A stretch of 64,000 nucleotides of DNA from the human T2T-CHM13v2.0 reference genome, Homo sapiens (GCF_009914755.1 NC_060927.1), one strand, 5' to 3'. Shown: positions 1 through 14,123, counted from the stretch's first letter. A program made the numbers and translations. Notes: generated from the letters alone by a model not told the origin.

Positions 1-940
1 GTCTGGTTATGTCTTAAATATTCTGGCTGTGGCATGGACAATGGAATGTGAGGGACAAGGGTGGAAATGAAGAGGCCAATTAGGTTGCTGTATTCGGGTA
101 TAATATGATGGTGGCTTGGGACAGGATTGTTGTAGGAGAGGAAGAGATATGTGGACTGACTGAAGATGTGTTTTAGACATAGAGTTATCGGGATTTGTTG
201 CCATATTAGATGTGAAGAGTAATGAGAATAAAGAAATCAAGGATGCCTCCTACTCTGTTTTCAGCTTAGGAGATTGGCTGGAGAGTGTTATCATTTATTA
301 AGTTGGGAAAGACTGGTATAGGAGCAGGTTTAGAGGAAAACCATGATATGAACATGTTAGATTTGAGATGCTTGTTAGATTTGCAGTGGGTATGTCGAGT
401 AGGCAGTTGGATAAACAGGTTAAAATCTTGATGGTGTGTGGCCTATAAGCTGTATTTAAACCATGGACTGGGTGAGATTTCCCAAGGAGAGACTGAGAGA
501 GAGAGAAGAGAGTGAGGACTGAGCCTCAGAGAACTCAAAATTTAGAGGTTGAGCAAAGAAAAAGGAATGTGTAAAAGAGATGAAGAGGATCCACCAGTGA
601 GGTAAGAAGAAAATCGGGAGAAGGTGATCACAGAAGCCAAGAGAGCAAAGTGTTCCAGGACAGAAGGAGTGACCAACTGTATCCCAGTGCTGGTGAGAGG
701 TCATGCAAGATAAGGACAGAGTGGTGACCATTGGACTGGTGACCTGAGGCTCATTGACACTCCCAATAAAAGCAGGCTTAGAGGCGTGATGTGGCAAGGA
801 GCCCGGCTGGACTAGGTCGAAGAGGGAATGCAGAGAATGTACACCTGAATGTACCGATGAAGATGTAGAGAAACCAATGTAGTCCAGGGATTTTGCTTCA
901 AAGAGGAGTTGAGAAATCAGATGGCAGTTAGAGATGGTTA
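1..940 (-). mobile_element. Degenerate LINE-2 fragment
   Basis: Purine-rich motifs typical of the antisense L2 3' region (GATGGTGGCTTGG, TTTGAGATGC, GGACTGAGCC, GACCATTGGA); boundaries approximate. Confidence 0.65.
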
Positions 941-1220
941 TGCAATCAGGGGTTTTTTTTTTTTTGTTTTCTTCTTTTGAAAAGATTGGAGGCACTATAG
1001 TACATTGGTTAACTGGTGGAAATGAGAAAGAGATTGGGGTGGTAAAAGAGAGGGGAAGGGGGTTCAGAACACAAGTGTGGTTAATGTTTCATAATGGAAA
1101 GGAGAGCCAGGATTGTGGTTACAACTACCAAGAGTCCCTCTGATGTAGTGAGGGGAAAATACGGACCTTTCTATCTCTATTTTTTTAGTGAAAGGTCAAG
1201 ATAAGGTCATCATCTGGGAT

Positions 1221-1222
<2 letters not shown>

Positions 1223-1264
<42 letters not shown>
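1223..1264. repeat. (GT)21 microsatellite
   Basis: Perfect GT dinucleotide run. Confidence 0.98.
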
Positions 1265-1266
<2 letters not shown>

Positions 1267-2314
1267 GGAGTAGCTATGAATAGTTTAAAGAATGGCAAAG
1301 TTAGCATACTGAGGCAATACATTAGGATGGTTTGGCAGCTTTGGGGGTTTTGTGGGGTTACAAGCTGCCTAGGGTTTCTGCATGGTGAGGTCACCTTATT
1401 TTCTGTTTACTATCCATTTTGAGGAAGCTGTGATAATTTACCTACAAAACAATTTTGAAGCAATCACAGGTTTCTCTACCCATAATTGTCTAAATCTGAT
1501 AATTTAGAGCCACAGGAAACCCTTGCAGGAAAATATCATGGGTACAACATTTTGAAAGTCATCTCAAGTGTTAATAAGTCTGTTCGTCTTATATTACGTA
1601 GAGTCAGTAGCAAAGGGCAAAACAGTATTTATCTCTTTGGGGACACTGTTTTGGAAACAAAGCATTTCTTTTTTTATAGCATGGCTTCATAATGTGTGCA
1701 TAAATAGTGCATGTCCAACCTTGGCTTTCAGCATACACAAACCCAACAGTAGATCCTTTGTGGTTCTTTAGTTTACTCTAGCAATAGACATTCATTTGGT
1801 TGTGCTTGAATATAATATAGCAGATTTATATTGTTAACCTTATTTCAGAGTACAACAATTTTGATGGGTCTTTAAACCAACTTAAATGTGATTCTTCTTA
1901 CCTGTCAGTCACACACATCCATGTGCTACATGCCTGTGTGGCTTTGAGCAAGTAATTTTCTCTCCAGGGGTTTGTCCTCCAAGTTCTCTTTCAACTCTGG
2001 TATCCTGTGGCTCTGTGTTCCCACTTTTTTAAATTTAGTCTTCAGTTCCCCTGGAGGTAAGACTGAATTATCATTGGCTCCACAATTAATTTTCAAATAC
2101 AAATGAACATTTCTGCCTTTGATCAACCAACTGTTTCATGAAAAGGAATGATCTCCTTGGCCATTATGTGTGAAAGATTGATCTATTGCTTTGTGGCTTC
2201 AGAGCACAGGATAAAAGGCTGATGTTTGTCCAACTCTGAAACCTCTGAGAACTGTGATGGGAATGGCAGATACTGCACTTGGTCTACATATCTTGTATGT
2301 TTTACTATCCACAG

Positions 2315-2501
2315 AATGAATAATGGTCCTGTTTTAGGACATGAAGAAGAAGTTGGGAGAAGGACAACCTTCCGACTTTTTTATCCAGAATCTGTTTTTT
2401 CAGATCCTATTCACAATGACCCTAATACGACAGTGATTCTCACTGCTTTTAAGCCACATGATTTAAGGTGGCTGTTGGAATTGTTGATGGGTGACAAAAT
2501 A
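2315..2501 (+). CDS. ST3GAL6: ST3GAL6 internal coding exon (end of sialylmotif L region)
   Basis: ccacAG acceptor, GTAAGT donor; encodes (R)[26 protein letters not shown]...LLMGDKI, a GT29 sialylmotif-L-like RTT motif. Confidence 0.95.
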
Positions 2502-2604
2502 GTAAGTAGGCAAAATTGTTCTGCCTTCAGATTACCTTTAGTGCTTTTTTTCCTTAAAAAACAGACAGCCACACTGTTCTATTCTCTATATTTTTTACTT
2601 TCAG

Positions 2605-2742
2605 AACACTAATGGTTTTTGGAAGAAACCAGCCTTAAACCTGATTTATAAACCTTATCAAATCCGAATATTAGATCCTTTCATTATCAGAACAGCAGCT
2701 TATGAACTGCTTCATTTTCCAAAAGTGTTTCCCAAAAATCAG
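2605..2742 (+). CDS. ST3GAL6: ST3GAL6 coding exon
   Basis: tttcAG / GTATGT after a 103-nt intron; in frame with the previous exon: [46 protein letters not shown]. Confidence 0.95.
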
Positions 2743-4129
2743 GTATGTATTTATCTCTGCATGGTTTCAAACTACAGATCTGGCTGAGGTAGGATAGAGG
2801 GTCCTGGGAACTCTCAGAAACTGTATGAGAACCACAGCTCATGAGATGATTTCTGAGGGCCATCTCTGAGTTAGTAAAAGTAGTTATCTATGGATATTAT
2901 CTTTATGTTTTTCATTTATGTTGCAAGGAAATGTAATTTTAAGTTGGGTTTTTTTTCCTGCCCTTGTAGGGCCTTCCTGGGGTCTCTTTGTGCATGCTGA
3001 AACAATTTATCTTTCATAACTCTGTCTTCAGTGTTCTGCAGTGAGGAGAGTCTGACTGGGTGGGCTGACGGGCAGGCTTGTGCTCAGAGTAGCTGGCCTG
3101 GCTTCAGGCCAAGTGCATGGCTTTGCAGGCTAAAAAGAAGTGTCTGAGATGCTCTGATAAAAATATCACAGGAAAGCCAGAGGAAAGGTGAGGAAGGACA
3201 ATAAAGTAGTCCAGAAACATTTCTGTGGTCAGAGGAAATGTTGGCATTAAATTCTCAAGAAATGGTAGCTACAGCAATATTGAAAGAGTTCTTGAAACTT
3301 CAAAATGAAATCTCATTGACTTTCACTCCTGTTTGCCTTCTTTCCCTAGAAAACAATACTCTAGACCCATACAGTGGCAGAGATATTTTTTACTGGAAGC
3401 TTGAGTAACTGTATAACATGACACCTTGGTTGAAATGAGTTTTTCACCCCTTTTTAAAGTAGGGAAAAATCCAAAGAAATAAATATACATCATGTATTTT
3501 CATGATGTATATTTAGCATGATAAGAATTGTGATTAAGAAATTCAAAAGTGTTATATGCTGAAAACAAATGTTAGTGTTGCACACTGAAATAAAGGAATA
3601 TTAAAAATCAAAAAGGAAGTCACCAGTCTATTCTCTTCCCTCTACAACCCATGTAACCTCTCAAGCTTTTCTACCTTTTATGTGCTTCCAGACTATTTGC
3701 TATGCATTCATAAACACATAATCTTTTTGTTTGTTCAGTATAATTATGATTATACCATAGGTATTGTTGTTATTTTCTTTTTTCTCTTTATTTAACTCTT
3801 CCCCTATTTATAGACACTCAGATATATCCAACATTTTCTTCTCTTTAAATAATATAGCAGTACATATGTTTATAGGGGTTTTCTGCCCATTTGTCGGATT
3901 TCTGTAGGATGGACTTCTGGAAGTGGAATGCTCAAGTCAAAAAGCATACATGTTTTAAATTTAAACCTGACTTCCTAGTAATTTTGAGGGTAAAGGACAG
4001 CTTCTGAATGTGTGTTTTGTGAGTTTTCACTTCCTATATTCCTAAGTGAAGTATGATCAGGTATATCTCTTGCTTCTTCATTTTAGGTAATATCTTTAAT
4101 TCCAAAAGCACAGGAAGACCCTGAGCATA

Positions 4130-5160
4130 CTTAGTGATGACATTAGAACTAGCTGTAGCTACATCAAAGTCCCAGTAGGACATGGTGTCCCAGAAATCAA
4201 ATGCTGTATTTCAAGAGAAGTCAGCCATGTCAGATGCTGTCCAGAGGTTGAATGTAAATAATAAACCCTGGTTTTAGAAACGTGGAGGTCATATTGGTGA
4301 TATATATTAACAAGAAAGAAGGAAAAAGCCTGCTTGAATTGGGTTGAAGAGAACCTGGGACATGAGCAAGCAGCAACAAATCTTTAGTGGACTTTTTGCT
4401 AGAACAAGGATCGTAGAAATGAAGCAATAGTTGGAAGATGATATAGGATCGAAGAAGCGTGTTTTATTTTTGGTCTGTGTATTGCTGAAGGGAATGGTTC
4501 AGCAGAAAGAAACACTGATGATGAGGGGAGAAAGTAGTTAAGTACAGAAGTAAAATTGTTGAGAAGTGATATGGGATAAAATATACACTAGTGAAAAGTT
4601 GCTGAAGTTACATCTCATCCATTATAAGAGGAATAAGCACTGCAAATGTGAGTAAAGATACAGGTAAGATGGTAGATTTGGAGTTGGGATGATGAAGCCA
4701 CTCTTTTGACTGCTTTTGTTTCCTTAAAAAAATAAAGATTAACTAGTCAAATTAGGAAGAAGACTAGGGCTGTTGCAGGATACAAAGTTATAAATTCTCA
4801 TCTTGGAGAGTAGGAATGGAAATTTACTAGTCAAACGTAACTGGATTGCTAGGCAATACTTACTGCCTGTTTGAGAGTTGGGTCATAAATTCAACATTCA
4901 ACCAGGTAAACGTATTTTTCTCTTGCCCTATTCTGTTGCTGGGGTGTGGGTACAGGGTGACTGCAGTGCTTATTCCTCTTATAAGAGTTTGTCAGGTGGT
5001 AATATAGGTTCTGTGGGTGATGGCTGCAGAAGAGCTGGTCTATATAAAGGAATGGTTATAAAGACGGATGAAGGACTCTTAAGATGTGAAGAAAGGAAGT
5101 AGAAGACATGAAAAGGGGCAAGGAGAAGAAAAAAGCAATGGGATCAATGAGGCTGAATGA
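4130..5160 (-). mobile_element. Highly degenerate LINE-2-like fragment
   Basis: Purine-rich L2-like motifs; weak similarity, approximate limits. Confidence 0.4.
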
Positions 5161-6119
5161 CTCCTAGGTTACAATGGTACATAGGATAAAGAAAATTTTA
5201 TGCTGAAGGCAGTTAATGCTTTCAGACAAGTTTGCCTCCTGGAATTGATTTGGTTGTGCTTCTTCGATTTTTTTTTCTTTTCCTCAAAATCATAGTAAGT
5301 CATATGTAATTTCAATGGGAACTATAAGAAACACTTTATTGAAAGTGTTATGTAAAAAGCTTAAGATGTATCTTGTTTTTCGCTTTGAAGGCCATCTCAG
5401 TGAGAATTACAATTTCTGAAAGCCAAGACCCTCTTGTCAAATATCTATCACACTGGTTTTCAAGATATATGTAAGATAAGGAAAGAGGATGCTTGGTTTT
5501 TCTTTCTAAAAGTATAATGGTGCGGCTGAGATTGTGATATTGCTATGTATGCATTTGGAATATTTATTTTCTAGTCAGATACTGTTACAATTTATCATTG
5601 AAGTACTAGATTAGCCTTTCCCTAGAGTTAGTTTAAATGGTGAGTATAAAATATAGCTATTCGAAGGCGAATTTATATGAAGTCTTTTATCATGATTCCA
5701 TCCGTTTGTGAATGAAGCTGTCCTTATATTTCATACACGTGTTCAAAATTCCCAGGCTTTGCTTTTGCCATAAGGAGCCTGACTCATCATGTTTTTGTAT
5801 TTTTTAAAACAATACAGCAACATTCTCTTCCTTAAGCCTCACAGTATTCTTTCATTGGATAGTTGTCCTCTGGGCTAATACCACAGCTATATTTTATTTT
5901 AAAGACTTCCTAAGATTTCAATCACAGTTTATATATTTTTTAGAGTTAAGGTATATATGCATACTCTTTGGGGCTTGAGCCTTATAATGAGAGTTTAGTT
6001 ATTTCTCTCCTTATTAAATGTTTAGAAATCCCTGTTTTATATGATTCAGCCAACCAAATATGCTTTGGTAACAAGTAGCTCCTTTTGCTTAAAAAAGTTT
6101 TTTTCATCCCCTCCCCCAG

Positions 6120-6272
6120 AAACCTAAACACCCAACAACAGGAATTATTGCCATCACATTGGCGTTTTACATATGTCACGAAGTTCACCTAGCTGGTTTT
6201 AAATACAACTTTTCTGACCTCAAGAGTCCTTTGCACTACTATGGGAATGCCACCATGTCTTTGATGAATAAG
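6120..6272 (+). CDS. ST3GAL6: ST3GAL6 coding exon (sialylmotifs S and III)
   Basis: ccccAG / GTAATA; [27 protein letters not shown] (motif S) and LHYYG (motif III). Confidence 0.96.
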
Positions 6273-6792
6273 GTAATATACTGTACTTTAGGTAATATAC
6301 ATATGCTTTGGACTAATCTTTGAGGGATGGAAAGCCCATATTTTCTCTTCTCACACTCATTTTACTGAGGGACCACGTTTTGAAGGGTTGAGGGCTTGAT
6401 GGTGATTACAGGGCTACCAAGGGCTGTAACTAGAACTCATGTCCAGGATCATTTTACTACAGCATGAAATCCCAATTTATGGGCCTCATGGTTATTGCCA
6501 AGTGTCATCAAACCCATATAAGTACAGAACCTTACTTTAGATATTATATTTGCACTATTGAAATTCAGGCAACCTGCTGTGTTTGAGATATTACAAATTC
6601 ACCTTGCATTGCTGTGCTTAATTATTCTCATTTGTTTTTAAGTAGACAAGATGGTGTAGAATATTTTAACCCTACAAGAGAATCTTCATGATCAAAAAGG
6701 TTACCAACTTTCATACTGGATCACACTTCTCTTGAATAGGGATTAATAGTGAGGATTTGTATTTTATTTTTTTTAACAATTTTAGTTTAAAT

Positions 6793-7095
6793 TTTTTTTT
6801 TTTTTTTGAGAGTCTCACTCTGTCACCCAGGCTGGAGTGCACTGGCATGATCTCGGCTTACTGCAACCTGCACCCCGCAGGTTGAAGTGATTCTCCTGCT
6901 TCAGTCTCCCTAGTTTCTGGGATAACAGGCGCCCGCCACCACGACCGGCTAATTTTTTTTTTTTTTTTGTATTTTTGTAGAGATGAGTTTTTGCCATGTT
7001 GGCCAGGCTGGTCTCGAACTCCTGGCCTCATGTGATCTGCCCGCCTTAGCCTCCCAGAGTGCTGGGATTACAGGCATGGGCCACTGTGCCTGGCT
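6793..7095 (-). mobile_element. Alu (AluS-like), full length
   Basis: T-run followed by the reverse-complement Alu dimer ending in CCTGGCT. Confidence 0.95.
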
Positions 7096-7951
7096 AAGGA
7101 TTTGTAATTTACTTGACTGGGAAGGAGTTTCCTAGTTTTGTAATTCTAACTTAAATTAGTAGTGCATCACAAGTGATGGGATTAAAATGTTATCTGTATA
7201 CTTTTAATATTGAAATATTACTTGATAAAAAGTATATGGATATATCTCATGAAATCAGTCCCCTTGAATCACCCCACTATATAAGCTGAGAAAGTGGTAT
7301 AAATCAGGTTAGATTTAGTATTGTCTTTTGTCCCTCACCCCCACCCTCTGTCCCCACCAGGTAAGACAAGCACTTAAGTATTTCAAGAATGAGGTACCCC
7401 AACAGACTTTGGATTAGGCTGATTTCTCCTCCGCCCTAAACTTTCCTGTAGCACTTGTGGTATTTCAAGTGTCATCTAAAGAGCAGAATATTAAAACAAC
7501 TTCCTCAGGAAGAAAACTTGGATATTCATGTATAGAACAGTAATTTTTAACACATCTTAAACTGAACCAGGCATTATAATAGTTTATCTCCAGGCTGATT
7601 TTGTTTGTTTTTAAACTGATTTCTAGGGGCTTCTTCCATTAAAGTGAACAACTCAAAATTTTGGTCTCCAGATTTGTATTGTACCATGATTCGGTCTACC
7701 AGGGTTTGATATGAAGGAGTCTTACTTATGTGAGAGTTGAAATGGAAAGAGTGGGCTGTAGGGAAAGCTTTTGCACAAGAACCAGCAAGGAAAGTAATTT
7801 AAAAGGCTATCAAAAGTTAAAAGTACATGCAACTCGTTACTTAACATTCGAGTTCTTTATTCGGATTTTTTTAGATATAAAGTACTCCATTGGTGCTGCT
7901 AATACTTTGAGATTGGGAAAGAATGATGGTAATTGTATTTTTCTTCTTTAG

Positions 7952-8038
7952 AACGCGTATCACAATGTGACTGCAGAGCAGCTCTTTTTGAAGGACATTA
8001 TAGAAAAAAACCTCGTAATCAACTTGACTCAAGATTGA
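7952..8038 (+). CDS. ST3GAL6: ST3GAL6 last coding exon (sialylmotif VS) with TGA stop
   Basis: ctttAG acceptor; NAYHNVTAEQLFLKDIIEKNLVINLTQD*, containing the HxxxxE VS motif. Confidence 0.96.
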   Translation, partial: NAYHNVTAEQLFLKDIIEKNLVINLTQD

Positions 8039-8890
8039 CTCTACAGACTCAGAAGATGATGCTAACAGTGTTAGTTTTATTTTTGTACTGCAATTTTTAG
8101 TTTAAAATATGTTGGATGCACTCGTCAAATAATTATGTATACTGTCTGTTGCTGCCTGGTGATTCATAACCACCAGCTTAATTTCTGTGAATACTGTATA
8201 TTTAACTTATGAAAACCAAGAAATGTAAAGATAACAGGAAAATAAGTTTTGATTGCAATGTTTTTAAAATAAGCTAGTTTTCTGAGGTGTTTTCACACGT
8301 CTTTTTATAGTTACTTCATCTTAGATTTTTGAAGGGATATGACTTCCTACTAAGGATTTAGTTTACCACAACAATTCTGACTACAATAAGACATTTTGAG
8401 GAGGATATTTGGCTACTGTAAACATGGCTGGTGGAAAATCACGATTGTGGCTTGATGTGGCAAGCCGAAACCACTTGGCTCTGGAAATCTAAGTTCATAC
8501 TGGTTTAATTAAGCTCTCTCCTGACAACCCCCAGAATTAAATGAACCATGATTGTGAAGAGTAATTTGGTACAATGAAGGCAGTGTTTGTTTTTAAGTTA
8601 AAGGAAATGGGCTAAACATAAAGTTCTTATTAGATAAGTAAATAACTAAAGAAAGAATACAATTACTAAACTCTGATGGCTTTGTATTATTTTAAAGAAA
8701 TGAAGTTTAACTAACTTTATACAATGAAGCTAAGCTAGGCAAGCTCAAGAAGGAAAAAAAAATCTTGAACATTATTTTTTTTTGCCTGACTTACTTATTC
8801 ATTAAATTTTGAAGGTTTTCCACTTGAAGTAAATTAGGAAAGGTAAAGAAGATAACAGAACAAGTAAACACTTAAGAAAAGTCAAGCTGA

Positions 8891-9252
<362 letters not shown>

Positions 9253-9890
9253 TTAAAGCTAATCTTCAGATGGAAAGCTTGCCTGGCTACCTAGGGTGCA
9301 CCAGAGAATCTGATCCAATGCAAGCCAGTCAATCCTACAAATGTGGTGAGCTAGTCTTCCTTCCTATATTTTAATAAATGTAACCAAAGGCCATCTGGAG
9401 GTAGGGGAATGAGAGGTGAAGAAACAGAAAAATAGAGGTTATAAGGATGGAACTAAAAGTTGTCAGAAGAGGTATGAGCTGAAGAAAGAATTACTCTCTT
9501 TTGACCAATAAATACAATTGGGAAACACTGGAAAACCATGGCTTGATTACTGACAACCAACCTGCCTCTCTAAAGAGGGTGTATAAAGGGTGAAATACAT
9601 TAGATTTGGCTCAGAAACAGAATGCGGTACTTATAAAGCAGAATAAAGGGGAGAACAGTAGTAGTTGATCTAACCCAGATTAGACATGAATACCAGCATA
9701 TGTTTGCAGAGTCCCACAGTTTTGATTCTTCTTATAACTTTTTGAGGTGCAAAAGGAAGGTACCAGAACTGGAATCACATGTAATCAATCAGTGTGATTT
9801 TCCCCTCATACCACACAGCCATAGGCTGCAGTGTGGCTGCTGAAGTTCAATTGATATAAAGTAAATCAGGCTTCAAAAAGAATGGTGCTG

Positions 9891-10130
9891 TGGGTACACA
9901 AGGACATAAAGATGGGAACGATAGACACTGAGGACTGCGGCGGGGGGAGCGAGGGGAGCGGGGAGGGCAAGGGCTGAAAGACTATGTATTGGGTACTATG
10001 CTCACAACCTGGATGATGGGATCATTCATACCACAAACCTCAGTATCACACAATATACCCATGTAACAACCTGCACTCTGCACATGTACCCTTAGAATCT
10101 AAAATAAAAGTTGAAATTATTTTTTTAAAA
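9891..10130 (+). mobile_element. 5'-truncated L1 3' end (L1PA16/L1PB-like)
   Basis: L1 3'UTR motifs ending AATAAAAGTTG; imperfect 16-bp TSD AAAAAGAATGGTGCTG (9875-9890) / AAAAAGGATGGCGCTG (10129-10144). Confidence 0.88.
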
Positions 10131-10269
10131 AAAGGATGGCGCTGGTCATAGAAAAAGTCAAAGTAAACTAACAGTGTCATTTTCAAATGTTGCTGGAAGC
10201 ACAATATTGGCCATAAATTAGTGAGGTTAAAATAGAAGAATCTGGCATTTTATAGTATAAGGAAAAGCT

Positions 10270-13200
10270 ACAAACCTCAAGGTTGTTTTATTTAAACCAA
10301 ATAATCTGAGCAAGACATATATACATTAAAAACAAATGAACACATTAAAATTTCACTATTTTACAATCTAAATTCTAGCAACATATACAAATACTGAGTG
10401 ACTACAGTACATGCCGAGGTAAGATAAGTACATTCTGGGAGAATATCACTGACGCTCAAACCATTTTTATTTCCAATATGTATTTCAATACATGTTTGTT
10501 TCCACTTTTCCCAGTGCCACACACACACACACAAAAACAAAACAAAACAAAAAAAAACAGTCACAAGTTGGATTACATTAGAATTGGTGCCACAGTTGAC
10601 TTTAAAAGCATTTTAATAACCACCCAACTCTTAGATTTTGCAGTTTAGGGACTTCAAGTTCAGAACCAAAAAGCAGAGAATCGTTTCATGTGACATGATG
10701 TTTCTATAGACCTCTTGCTCTCTAGGTGACAATGCAGAGCCAGGGCAAAGGTGTTTAAGCTTTGTCACCTTCCACAGCTTTGTGGCCACATTCATATTTA
10801 GATAAGCTCGGACTCTGCTCCCCTCTTCTGGAGATGGGGAGAGGCAAGTGTGTATGTGTTGTCATACTTACTGCATTAATTCTTCACTCGAACCGTTTAC
10901 ATCAGCGAATAAACCCATTGTTCAATGCAAAGTGCAAACAGTGAAACATGAACTTAAATAAACTGGACTAGACCCATCACATCCAACAGGATCTATTTAG
11001 ATTTACAGCATTTAATAAAGTATAAGTCAGAATTCACAATATCTTAAACTGTGCTGTTTCCTAAGATCAAGTAACAGCCAAGTCAGTGTAATTTTATGAA
11101 ACCTGTAATGGCCACATTTGTTGTGTCTCCGATGTATTTCTATAATTGCATTAACAGGAAAAAACTTAATCCAATATACCAGTGACTTTGAGTCTTAAAT
11201 GTTGCAAGCAAAGGATAAAAATTCAAGGGAATTTTGTCAGATATGGTTACTTTCACATTTTCAGTTGTTACTTGATTGTCTCCAAAGCCGTATATGTATC
11301 AGACATATAAATGTAGTAAAAAAAAAAAAAAAACAAATAGAAAACCTCTACTATAAAAACCAATGAACTAAAAAGAAGTATAAAGCAGAAAAACCATTTG
11401 AATCAGGCTCAGCTCTTCATCTGGAAAGTAAAGTTTATATAAAAGTAGTAAAAACTAGATATTTTATAAAAATTATTGGTAGTTCAAGGATAGCACAGTG
11501 GCAATATGAATCGAGTCTTAAAATATGCATCATTTCAGAAAACACTTGCCCCTCTTAAAAAAAAAAAAACCCAAAACTAAACAACAACAACAAAAACCTC
11601 CAGGAAAAAACAATCAGGTATACACAATTAACACAAGAATAGCAAACTTCTTTGGGAAAATGAAATAGTTACCAAAAACATCTCTCTTAAAGCTTCAAAC
11701 AGGTATATTACTTGAGGAAAAGTATATTCTCTGTGTACTAAGGATGAATTAAAAAATCAACTGGTTTGCTCTCTTCCCACCTGAAAAGGGATGACTGCAT
11801 TAATATATGTGCTTTCCACATCGATATATGTTTTAATAAAAGTCTACCATCTATGTCTTTTGTTTCAAACATTTTGAAACAAAATATGTATTGATTCTTC
11901 AATGAATGAAATCACGCCTCAAAGTTTGGAGAAGGAAAAGCCAGTGAAAATAAGGCCAAAAAACCATACCACAAAAGGACAGGAAGCCTGCAGAAATAAA
12001 CAGTTCTCTTTCTGAAGCGATGTTTTAGAATACTGATATAATTCATGGAAACAAGAAAACAAATACTGTTCATCTTTATTCAAATTGAGTGAATTCTGGC
12101 AACATCATAATCTGGTGGCTCAGGCCAACAGAAGTGACTAGAACTTTATGGAAAAGTACTGTTCAACATTAAATCTACAAACAAAGGTTTATGGAAGAGG
12201 GAATGTCAAATTTATGTATTTTTATCATATGGTGAGCTGCTCATGTCGTCTTGACAGTCTGAAGGCTTTAAAAGATGGTTTTACATTGTTAGCTAATAAA
12301 TTACAGATGATTTCTATTTTGCCATGTCTAAAACTAGCTCTGGGCAGGTATGAACAAGTGGTGACATGGAAGCTGCCAGGAGGTATCAAAAACAAGGCAT
12401 GAATATTCATTTGCTAGGAAGCTATAATGTCTGTTCCCTAGGTGACATACAGGACTACTCAAACCTCTTACCACACAAAGTGCACGATCACGCAGTCCTG
12501 AAAAATACACGTTAGGTTTATATTTTGTGTAACAGTTTATGGAAAACTGAAATGAAAAATTATTTTTTCTGACTAAAAATATAAAATACCTTGAGACTCA
12601 AGAAAAATGTATATGTTTGTGAATGTATAAAACCAAAAAGGACAAATTCTGGTTACTTTTTAAAGAGGTAATTTATATTACTTCTGAGTGAATAATTTTG
12701 CCTTTCACTGTGATAAATATAAGTGGGTCATGTTTACAGTATTCCCTTAGAAGCCTTCAACTTTTCATAACTCTCCTAGGAAAAATCCCATTGCAAATAA
12801 AGTTGGGGGTGGGAGAAGAATCTCCTTTAAAGCTTTCAAATCATAAAGTTGTTCCTGTTTACACATTGAGGAGCATACTTAAAGGACATGAAGGGATCTG
12901 AATTCATGAGACTAAGGCAAGCATCACTCATCAGAAATACTCAAACATTTTATAAACACAAGAATGGGGCAAGACACCAAAGGGCCTCAAGTGGAACACG
13001 CAAGGATGAGACCAGGCCATATACTGTGAAGCATTAAAGCTCTAAAGAGTGTCACAAAGTGAAAAAGCAATCCCCCTGCTCATTACAAGTCAGAAAATCC
13101 CAGCTACAGATCTTAAGATGGATAAGTGGATATGGCTGCAATAAAAACAATGCTTATATCACTAATTATTAAAAAAAATCCAGAAAAGAATATAGGAATA

Positions 13201-13653
13201 GAAGAGGAAATCATGATAGTACCCATCTTTCACAAACAGACTAGAATTTCAAGCCATTAGGTATTTCAAGAACAGTACCGTGCGTTATTGCCAGTCAGGC
13301 TTACAGAGCCATCTCGAGTTCATTAATGTACCTGCAGCATTGGTAATAAATACTCTGTGATTTTTAATTTCTCTGAAGTGCATTATAGGGAGCTTTTTCT
13401 GTATTAAAAATAGTGTTCTACAGTAGTATCAAACAGGACATTTGAAATTTAACAGGCGAGCAGTAACTGTGCCACCATAACACCTTAAAGCAAGATGGCA
13501 AGATTAGTAGTTTCCTGTACCTCAGTCACCACATTTTCCCCAACCACTTCAGTGACAGTTATGTAATACATTCTATATATTACTACCACTAATAATTAAA
13601 AAAAAAAAGGCCATGTGCTTTAAAACGATGCTTTGTAAAAAGCAGCATCATCT
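10270..13653 (-). other. DCBLD2: DCBLD2 3'UTR (~3.4 kb)
   Basis: Repeat-free, U-rich on -, between the stop codon and the poly(A) signal. Confidence 0.75.
10287..10292 (-). terminator. DCBLD2: Probable distal poly(A) signal of DCBLD2
   Basis: TTTATT on + (AATAAA on -) at the end of a long repeat-free AU-rich 3'UTR. Confidence 0.65.
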
Positions 13654-14123
13654 TCAAAGGATTTCTTTAAAAACATCACATTCCCCATCCCTTCCTGCTC
13701 CTGATACTTCTTGTGTGCTCTGTGGCACCTGGTACACCAATTCGTCTGGGGCAGGTAGACCTGGCTTCCCAGCTTTCGGGGTATCATACTGGGCCTGGGC
13801 TGAGGAGCAGCTGTCAGTCCTGGAGAGAAGTGTATTGTAAGTTCCCACTAGTGGGGGAGGTTGGTTCCCCGTAGCCTTGAAAGTGGATGTGGAGGGCTGA
13901 CCAACTGAAGTTGTGGGGTGCCCTGACATGTCCATGATGATTGGGGTTGCATACTCAGGCCCCGTAATTGGGAGTGGTTCAGCATAGGCATGATAAACTT
14001 CCTGCCCTGGTGAGTTGTAAGGATCTAGGTCTGCATAGCCTGCTTCTTTTCCTTCTTCTGGTTTAAAGGTAGATCTTTGATGAAGTGTACCAACAATTCC
14101 TCCTACCAGTGGCTGAGCATACT
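13654..14123 (-). CDS. DCBLD2: DCBLD2 last coding exon (exon 16), cytoplasmic tail
   Basis: ccacAG acceptor; EYAQPL...VFKEIL* with YAQP, YNSP, YAEP, YATP, YDTP and YQVP motifs (CRK/CRKL SH2-type). Confidence 0.97.
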
